From NCBI GenBank assembly GCA_951406725.2, contig OX597818.1, positions 38,254,001 through 38,318,000 on the forward strand: 64,000 nucleotides of DNA, given 5' to 3'. The stretch comes from Octopus vulgaris. Taxonomy: Eukaryota. The notes beneath the pieces were generated by a model. That model was not told the origin of the DNA, made no database searches, and saw only the letters and a program-made list of their open reading frames with translations. Shown piece by piece: positions 55,282 through 64,000 of this stretch (position 1 is its first letter; the number at the start of each line of letters is the position of its first letter). A program made the position numbers and the translations under genes.

Positions 55282-55781
55282 TTAACCCTTTAGTGTTCAG
55301 ATTATTCTGTCAAATGTGATGTTTGTTTATTTAAAATGGTTTGAATTAATCCTGCATTATCTTGTAGTTTAGATATTTCAGTGATGTGATTTTTTTTTAG
55401 TTTTAGAACAGCATGGTAGGGCTGAGGTGAGAGGTGAGATCTGGTCAGTTTCAATGACTTCAGGAAACATTTTTTCACGCTGAGAGTTGCTGAAGCGTGG
55501 AACAAACTGCCGGCATCGGTTGTTAGTTGTCGGAGCACTGCATCCTTCAAAACCTCCATGCTTCCTGAGATTCGCCAACACTACACTTGATTTTCTCCCC
55601 TCCATACACACATAAGCATGTTCACTTTCCAGACATTTCTACATTACTGCATGTACTTTATATGCACTTTCTGACAAGTTGTGGTGCACCTGAGCACTGT
55701 ATACAATAATTTCATTATTATTTTATAAAACAGGCTAAATATTTTGGCCAGATATGGCCAGTTTGAATGCTAAAGGGTTAA
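55282..55781. mobile_element. piggyBac-like MITE interrupted by a CR1-like 3' end (55455-55722)
   Basis: ttaa-ccctttag..ctaaaggg-ttaa; insert translates FFTLRVAEAWNKLP; its 3' UTR also at 46835-47060 minus. Confidence 0.75.
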
Positions 55782-55925
55782 TGGAATTCACTTTGATATA
55801 TGGACTACATCAAAGGTTTGAGGATAAGGTCTTCCTTCTACCAGTCATGAAGGCTCTTGGTTTGAGGATGATATGCCAATAGGCATTTTTGCCTGGTGTG
55901 TTAACAGTTCTATCAGCTTACTGCC

Positions 55926-56486
55926 TTAACCCTTTAGCATTCAAACTTGCCATATCCAGCCAAAATATTTAACTTATTTTATGCCCAAAGTGGCCAGATC
56001 TGGCCTCTCACCTTAACCCTACAATGTCGTTCTAAAACTAAACAATCACATCATTGAAATCTCTAAGCTACAAGATAATACACGATTAATTCAGAAACAA
56101 TATAAACATTGGATTAGACAGAATAATATGAATACTAAATTCTGTTGTGTCTGGGGAGAGTCATTTTCTTTTTGTGCCTTATAATGTAACACACTCACCA
56201 GTAAAATTTCCACTTATTTCTTATTTTTATTTTCCTAAAATTTTTGTTGCGTCTTGCAACCTTTTCAATAGTCTTGACTCTTGAAAATGTTGCAAGACAC
56301 AACAAAAATTTTAGGAAAAATAAAAATAAGAAATAAGTGGAAATTTTACTGGTGAGTGAGTTACATTATAAGGCACAAAAAGAAAATGTCTTGCCCCAGA
56401 CACAACAGAATATGCTTCAACACATGAGCTCATATAAAGAATCTTGCAAACCAAATCCAAAAACAAAATGAATACTAAAGGGTTAA
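55926..56486. mobile_element. piggyBac-like MITE interrupted by a hairpin element (further copy 63509-63720)
   Basis: ttaa-ccctttagcattcaaac..gaatactaaaggg-ttaa. Confidence 0.75.
56140..56467. mobile_element. Fold-back hairpin element with U3-A8 HHR-like cores, tail and 12-bp TSD
   Basis: Arms 56140-56273 / 56276-56411; UUGAAAA-G-GUUGC-aagac-GCAAC-(A)AAA-AU-UU-uag; TSD atgaatactaaa at 56128-56139 and 56468-56479. Confidence 0.85.
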
Positions 56487-56931
56487 AGCAATTTTAATAC
56501 TAAAACCCTAACAGCTGATTGGTTAAAGTACAAGGCTACTGACTCTAAGATCATGAGTTCAAACCTGATGCACATTTTCCCACATATTTCTAGTTAGCCC
56601 TCTTTATTCTTTCAATGATTCTGGGATGTGACCAGGCCATTCCAGAAAAGATATTTTTTGTAAACCAGTTTTGTGTTTAAAGAAGAAATTTGCCACCTAT
56701 TTGTTTAATGCTACAGATGCCAGAGGTGTACTTAGATCCTTGTAGATTTAATAAAAGTTGGTAGGTATCAGTGTAGCTGAGTGGTTAAGAAGTTTGCTTC
56801 TCAACTATATGGTTTCAAGTTCAGTTCTGTTGTGTGATGCCTTGGCAAGTGGCTTCTACTATAGTCTCAGTCTGACTGAAGCCTTATGAGAGGATTTAGT
56901 GAATAGAAACTGAAAGACACTTGTCATATTT

Positions 56932-57590
56932 ATCATCATCATCATCGTTTAACATCCGCTTTCCATGCTAGCATGGGTTGGACGATTTGACTGAGGACTG
57001 GCAAACTAGATGCTGCACCAGGCTTCAATCTTGATCTGGCAGAGTTTCTATAGCTGGATGCCCTTCCTAACACCAACCACTCCGAGATTGTAGTAGGTGC
57101 TTTTATGTGCCAGTCAGGCGGCACTGGCAATGACCTCGCTCGAATCTTTTACACATGCCACCAGCACAAGTGCCAGTAAGGCGACTTTGGTAACGATCAC
57201 GCTTGAATGGTGCCTTTTACATGCCACCGGCACGGAGGCCAGATAGCTGCTCTGGCAACAATCACGCTTGGACTTTGGTTTTAGCTAGGTTGACTACCTC
57301 TACCCTGAATTCTTCAGTGTACTCGTTGCCAACCCTTACCTTACTTACAGCGTCCCTGTACATGGCTTACACAGCTCTCACTAACCATTCATCTATCCCT
57401 AGTTTCCTCATTGACCACCAGCTAAGGGATTGGGAGACCCAGTCAAAGGCTTTCTCCATGTCAACGAAAGCCAGGTACAGGGGCTTATCTTTAGCTAGGT
57501 AGTTCTCCTGCAGCTGTCTTACCAGAAATATGGCATCGGTGGTGCTTTTCCCTGGCATGAAACCAAACTGCATCTCATCCAAGCTGACTC
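56932..57590 (-). mobile_element. Internally deleted RTE LINE (RT fragment + family D 3'UTR)
   Basis: DEMQFGFMPGKSTTDAIFLVRQLQE.YL...LYLAFVDMEKAFD; (GAT)n tail. Confidence 0.9.
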
Positions 57591-57942
57591 TATTTTATAG
57601 TATTAAGTATCCATTATAGCTGGTCTTGCCGATCAGTTTTGCACAAAAAATACAATGGAATGTTAGATAACAATCTAATTATATAAATACACTCATCAGA
57701 GATGGCGGACATGGAAGGGACTATGGCGAATTATGTTCCCTTCCATGTCGGCTAACTATGATGAGCGTATTTATACAATTGGATTGTTACCTAACACTCC
57801 ACTGTATTTTTAGCGCAAAACCAAAAGGTAATACCAGCCAGGATGGATACATAACACTATAAAATTCAGATAATATACCCATTCTACTAACAGTTATATG
57901 AGTGCATCTTCTCCCTGACTTATGGTCCCCCTATATATAAGG

Positions 57943-57948
<6 letters not shown>
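57591..57948. mobile_element. Fold-back pLTR element with degenerate long-helix-II HHRs and tail
   Basis: Arms 57591-57721 / 57736-57866; minus CUGAUGA (57693-57699)-GUG..GC-(A)AAA-cugaucgg-CA; tail 57867-57948. Confidence 0.75.
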
Positions 57949-57981
<33 letters not shown>

Positions 57982-60444
57982 ATATAATATATATATATAT
58001 ATACATATATGTACATACTTACATATATATGTATATACATATGCATATATGAACACAGAACGTCACAGAACATAAACAATATGAAATATGAATACATGGA
58101 ATATGAACTTTTTTCGAACAACGAAAGAAACAACTGGAAAACAAAATGAGCAGCATAAAGAACGACCCTTCATCAGTTGTTGGCTGTTTTTCTATTCGTA
58201 TTTCGAGCAATTCACGACAAGATGCACCTTCAACAAAACAGTTGCTCCCGCAAAGCGAATTAAATAAAATCTGGGATTTTGCGGAGGGTCAAAATTGGTA
58301 ACAAAAACAGGAGAGTGAAAACAAACAGGAAGGGCTGCTAAGCCTAAATGAGGTGAGGCAGCGAATGTGGTGGAACAAGCTTGGACAGGAGACAGAAAAG
58401 AATGCATCTGATCCCTGCAGCTGAATCAGAAGGAAAGAAAGAAACTCAAGTTAGGAAAAGGAAAGATGGCCGATGGTCACGTGTGAGCAACGAGAGGGCA
58501 AAAGAGGAAGAGTGAGGGAGAGAGAGGGACAGAGAATGGCGAAGGGGAGAAGAAAAGAATTAGAGAAAGGAAGAGAGGAAACAAAAGAGTAATAGAATAG
58601 AATAGTGTCACAGCAAAATTAAGATAAAACTTACTTGCAAATGGATGCATGGCATTGGACACAGGACATCACAGAATGTAAACAAAATGAAATACATATA
58701 CATGGAATATGAACTTTTTTCAAACAATGAAAGAAACAAATGGAAAACAAAACAAGCAACATAAGAACAACCCTACACATGCATATACATATGCATGTGT
58801 GTGACTAATGTCTTCTTTTCTTGACATTACATGATAGTTGTAAACAAGCATCTGCACCACACAAGTGTTGCCATTTATTTCCAGTATTCTTTAAAAACAT
58901 GTCTGGCCATGAGGAAATATCACCTTGCTTGAAAACTGGTGAGGGTTGGTGATAGGAAGAACAACCAGCTGTAGAAAAATCTGCCTCAACAAATTCTATA
59001 TAACCCATGTGAGCAAGAAAAAGTGGACAATAAGATTCACTTTTATTTTCAAGACATAATATTGAAAAAGCTCAGAATTCAAATTATGCCAAGCCATTTT
59101 TTTGTCTTTCATCCTATTCAGAAACAATAAAATACTTTACTGGCAATGTACAAGCTGAATTATAATTAATTAATTGAACCCTTCTGTATCAAAAGATTTA
59201 GCATTTTACAAAATGAGAAGCATAGCTGGCTGAATAAAATATTCAGTCAGACCATTGCTGGTAAGGTATTTAAAAAGTTTCTTATATTTTTATATAAAGA
59301 AAGGCAGAAATCGTTTTCACCTCAATAGACATCATTGATCGGTTGAAATTGCCGAAATGCAAGAAAATAAACAACAAATATCTTACAAACTACAGAATTT
59401 TCTCAAGAAAGTCAAGAGAAAAAAATGTTTTATAAACACATTCTACCAGTATACGAAGTTTAAAAGTGTTTAGTTACAAAGATATTATTTTAAAAATCTG
59501 CCAGTCAAAGCGAAAAGATCCAGGTAATTCACTAAACATGCTTTGCTTAGTTTTTACTCTTTGCAATTTGATCTAAAATCCCATCAGCGTGAAGGATACT
59601 TTAAAATTTTCTAGGTCAATAGCGTGAAGTTCCTGTCAAGTACTTAAGTCAAATTTTATGACTTCACACTCCTTCAAATTGTTCTGTCTTGTGCCTATTT
59701 TAGCAATCAATATTTTACAGACAGAAAATATGAAATTATTTACTTTTCTCTAAAAACAAAATGCTTATCTGCAACTATGTCTGTGGACATGGATGTGTAT
59801 ATGCATGTGAAATGAGCAAAAAATAAGGAAACAGATATAAGAGAAAAAGCAAGTGAATAACAGATATAGAGAAAATGTCTTTAGAAATCAGAGAGAAAGA
59901 AAGAAGCCAAAAAAAGAGGAGGAAAGGGGGAAAAAAGGGAGAGGGAAAGGAGAATAAAATTGTGGCTACAGAAATGAATCTACTTATATATTCCTAACTT
60001 TCCCATTGATCATGCACTGAGGACACTTCACATTATTACCATAATACTTTTAACTAATGTTTATTTTAACATTATATGATGAAAAGCTAGCAAATTTTTT
60101 ATTACTGTGGTTTGATGACAATAAGCTGTATATTTGCAACCACATAAATAATAATGTGTTTGAAATTCATTCTAGATGCTCATATTTTATGCAAATATTC
60201 ATAGTCAAGCTAAGCTATTTCTAATGATGTGCACTCATGGAATCAGTAGCCTACATCATTACCAAACAATTGTGTGATGTGATAGTAGAATCTGAACAAC
60301 CTGGAGGTTTATTTTAAACTCATAGTCTTAATTGTTGTCAACTAACAGTTTTAAGAACCTATAAATATTCAGAATTGTAAATCAAAAGTGAAACAACCAA
60401 ATAATTATGAAGAAAAATGTTTTAATAAAGCAAAAAAAAAAAAA

Positions 60445-60813
60445 TCATTTTAAAAGTGATCGTTTCTCTTGAAGTTTAGCAGCAGCCTTCTTCTTCATCA
60501 GTTGTAATCTTTTATCAGCATTAGCCATTTGCATACCACTAGAAGTTTTAGAGGAGCCTTTGGTGCTGACTTTAGCAGCCATGGTTAGAGCAGCTGCAAA
60601 TAGATTTTTCTCTGAAAGGTCAAGTTTTGATCCTGAGTTACTACTGGGCTTTGATTCTTTCGATGAAGATGAGGCAGAACTGTGTTTGGTCTGTTCGGAC
60701 TTGGTCAGTGAAGATTTTGACAACAGTACATCAGATGTTGTCTTTCCTGACAAATTAGCTGCAAGACTGACCAGACCACTCATAGGCTTGGCTGCCATGC
60801 TGCTGGATGATAC
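60445..60813 (-). CDS. INTS12: Last coding exon, probable Integrator complex subunit 12
   Basis: Acceptor ttttctcacttcag|GTA; Ser/Lys-rich ORF ending ADKRLQLMKKKAAAKLQEKRSLLK*, resembling the INTS12 C-terminus (KRLQMVKKKAA) as recalled; SGL..LAA motif. Confidence 0.75.
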   Translation of the reverse strand, partial: VSSSSMAAKPMSGLVSLAANLSGKTTSDVLLSKSSLTKSEQTKHSSASSSSKESKPSSNSGSKLDLSEKNLFAAALTMAAKVSTKGSSKTSSGMQMANADKRLQLMKKKAAAKLQEKRSLLK

Positions 60814-60926
60814 CTGAAGTGAGAAAACCAAAGATGAAAATTATTAATTAAAAAAATAATGTTCTAATGATTCTTGGAAATCTTTTCTGTCAATCACACT
60901 TTACTACTTCATTTTTATTGGTAATA

Positions 60927-62612
60927 GGTGCAGGTATGGCTGTATGGTAAGAAGCTTGTTTTCCAACCACATGGTTCCAGGTTCAGTCCCATTGTGTGGC
61001 ACCTTGGGCTGGTGTCTTCAACTATAGCCCCAGCCAACTAAAGTCTTGTGAATGGATATGATAGACGGAAACTGAAAGAAGCCTGACATGTATCCATGTA
61101 TCGGGCCATCACATAAATAATGCAGTTTTTTCAATAGCATGATCTAAAATTCAGAGGGGGATGGGATAAACTACCTGCATCAACTTGCTATAAAAGTAGG
61201 TAATAATTTTACCGTCTTAATCTTAGTGTAAGTTTTGAAGAGTGCATTCAATTTTAACAGGTACTTTTTTCAAAGCTATAATGGAAGTGACAAAGGAGCA
61301 TATTTGGCATATTTTGTTTCAAGAGTTCAATAAAGGTAACAACGCAACGGAAAGTGCGACGAATATTAATGCAGTATGTGGGGATCAGACAATAAGCATA
61401 ACCCAGTATCAACGGTGGTTCCAGAAATTCTGAGCTGGAAACTACAGCCTAGATGACGAATTTTGTCCTGGAAGATCTGTAGAACTCAACAAGGACGTCC
61501 TGCAAACCCTGGTGGAACAAAATCCCATCACAACTGTTGAGGGACTAGCAGAGAAGCTTGGATTTGGTCATTCAACCATTCATTGAGACCTGTGTGTCAT
61601 CAGAAAGTCAGTAAGTTGGGTCAATGAGTTCCTCACAAACTTTCTGAGTCAAATCACATGCAGAGAGTGAATGTGTGTTCTTCTTTGCTGTCACATCTCA
61701 CAAATGAACCTTTTTCAGACCAAATAGTAACTGGTGATGAGAAATGGGTTCTCTATAAAAATATTGAGCGCTGAAGACAGTGGGTAGGGAAAGGAGGAAC
61801 ACTGGTACCCCAGGCTAAAAAAGGTCTTCATCCATGTAAGGTGTTGTTATCTGTTTGGTGGAATATGAAAGGTTTAGTCCACTTTATACTTTTAAACCCA
61901 AACCAAACAATAACGCGAGAGATCTACTGCAAGCAGCTTGAGCAACATACGTCAACACTAGAAGGAAAACGACCATCTTTGGTTTCAAGATGGAAGGTGT
62001 TCTTCCACCAGGATAATGCTTGGCCACATACAGTGAGGATGACATTCCAAAGACTGGAGCAACCTGAATGGGTAACGATGCACCACCCACCATATTCATC
62101 AGGCATTGCCCCATCTGATTATAATTTATTCTGCAGTCTTCAAAATCATTTGGATGGTAAAAATATGAATTCTGTAGACAAGGTCCAAACAGTACTGGAG
62201 GAATATATTTCATCACAGACAAATGAATTTTGAAAGAGGGGCCTTGCAAGTCTACCAGATAGATGGAAGAGCATTGTAGAAAATTAAGGAGAGTATATTT
62301 TAGATTAAAAAGGAACTTCACTTTAATTTTGAAAAATAAAAAGAAGTATAAAAAAACTGCATCATTTATGGGACGACCCAATATATGTGTGTGGGGGTGT
62401 CTGTGTATTTGTTTGTCCCATAGCACTACCTGATAACCAGTGTTAGTTTGTTTTTGTCGTTGAAACTTATTGGTTTGATAAAAAAGACCAACAGAAGAGG
62501 TACCAGGCTTAAGGCAAAATAAGTACTGGAGTCCCTTTGTTCGACTAAAACCCTACAAGATGGTGCTCCAGTATGGCCACAGTCCAATGACTGAAACAAG
62601 TAAATGATAAAA
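60927..62612 (+). mobile_element. SINE family A split by a full-length mariner (intronic)
   Basis: Head 60927-61090; 3' half 62385-62612. Confidence 0.8.
61101..62381 (+). mobile_element. Full-length defective mariner transposon (about 1.28 kb)
   Basis: TA-flanked about 30-bp TIRs (tcgggccatcacataaataatgcag / ctgcatcatttatgggacgacccaa); transposase from ATG 61281 with TGDEKW, HQDNA.PH, PYS..IAPSDY; stops and frameshifts. Confidence 0.95.
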
Positions 62613-63771
62613 GATAGTAAAAATAGATTGCATCATATGTAAACAAATATAAATTTGTTTTTGAAGCATTGAAATGTATAGTAGAATAAGTAGAAAGATA
62701 TATTTCCAACGCATAAATACTGAACAGTGTATATGCAGGATAAAATCCTTTTAAGGGCAGAAAAAAATGCATCAAAAATATATCTACTTGTTCTATAATA
62801 AAAATAGTCAAGAATAGTTTGAGTGATATTTGTTACAAGTCTTGATTACAGAAACTTGTATTTTCCTTTTGTAAAGTTGTATTGTCCAAGAACTAACTTG
62901 ACTAAAAATAAATCCAAATTTTAGTAACACCCAAACAGTAAGTGTAATAGCTTCACTTTTAAAAGAGGTAATTTAAATTACATAAAATACACAGGAGAAA
63001 TAGGCTGGCTGTATCTTGCTAAATGAACTGTTATAGTGTTAAGAAAGTATATGTGACACCAAACCAAATCCTCAACCAAAGTTCAAAAGAAAGAAGTATG
63101 AAGAAATCAGTGGACGCACCATTCAAGCATGATCGTTACTAGCATCGCCCTACTGGCACTTGTGCTGGTGGCATGTGGAAATACATTCAAGCGAGGTCAT
63201 TGCCAGTGCCGCTGGACTGGCTCCTGTGTAGGTAGCATGTAAAAAACACAATTTGAGTGTGGCTGCTGCCAGTACTGCCTAACTGGCCCTCGTAAAGCAT
63301 GTAAAAGCACCCACTACACTCTCAGAGTGGTTGGCATTAGGAAGGGCATCCAGCTGTAGAAACTCTGCCAGATCAGATTGGAGCCTGGTGCAGCCATATG
63401 GTTCACCAGTCCTCAGTCAAATCATCCAACCCATGCTAGCATGGAAAGCGGACATTAAATGATGATGATGATGACATGAAGTTAAGACAAATAGAAACCT
63501 TCAAGTTTCAACCCTTTAGCATTTAAACTGGTCATATCTAGCCAAAATATTCTACCTGCTTTGTGTTCAAACTGGCCAATCTGGCCCCTCATACCTATCA
63601 TAAAATAAAGTATGTCATCAGAATCTCGAACCTACAAGAGAGTGCATGATTAATTCGAAACAATATGAATAAATAAGTATTACCTTTAACAGAATAATCT
63701 GATCTGAACCCTAAAAGTGGGTCACAAAAAAAAAAAAAATTAGTGAGTAAAATTTGGCAAAATCATCTTAC

Positions 63772-63921
63772 TTTTGATTCAACACGACGAAATGGAAGGA
63801 CAGTGTCTGCTGAGTCAGTTTTACTGGATTTACTGCTACTTGATGCCATTACAAAACTCTTACTGCTTTCCATTGTGTTTGTGAGTGAAGAAGACTTGAT
63901 AGGCTTTGGAGGTTTAGTGGC
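63772..63921 (-). CDS. INTS12: Penultimate coding exon (150 nt, phase 0), probable INTS12
   Basis: Acceptor tctctttacatttcag|GCC, donor AAA|gtaag; ATKPPKP...VLPFRRVESK splices in frame to 60813; FRRVE resembles INTS12 FKRTE as recalled. Confidence 0.75.
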
Positions 63922-64000
63922 CTGAAATGTAAAGAGAAATTATAGTATAAAAACACCAATTCTAAATATATATATAAATACAATATATAAATATATATGT

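Noticed and set aside
58160-58180. Minus-strand CUGAUGA at about 58170
   Set aside because: No matching helix II closure or GAAA-NUH with helix I; only the adjacent 58184-58242 motif is weakly HHR-like
60560-60817. Plus-strand ORFs at 60560 and 63743
   Set aside because: Antisense shadows of the spliced minus-strand exons

Overview
AT-rich, microsatellite-laden eukaryotic DNA. The SINE/LINE families point to an octopus (coleoid cephalopod) genome; this is an inference from repeat sequence. The only host gene seen is the last two coding exons of a minus-strand gene resembling Integrator subunit 12 (INTS12), at 60.4-63.9 kb. The rest is nested mobile DNA: Penelope-like elements (PLEs; RT/GIY-YIG fragments), CR1/L2, RTE and R4/Dong-type LINE pieces, three tRNA-derived SINE families, Helitrons, mariners and MITEs. 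The main hidden structure is about 20 type-I hammerhead ribozyme (HHR) motifs with palindromic helix III. They sit either downstream of PLE endonuclease ORFs or inside short fold-back hairpin insertions with a one-sided 3' tail. Related hairpin families carry compensatory swaps of the catalytic-core 3-8 pair (C3-G8, G3-C8, U3-A8). All folds and alignments were done by eye, and repeat boundaries are approximate.
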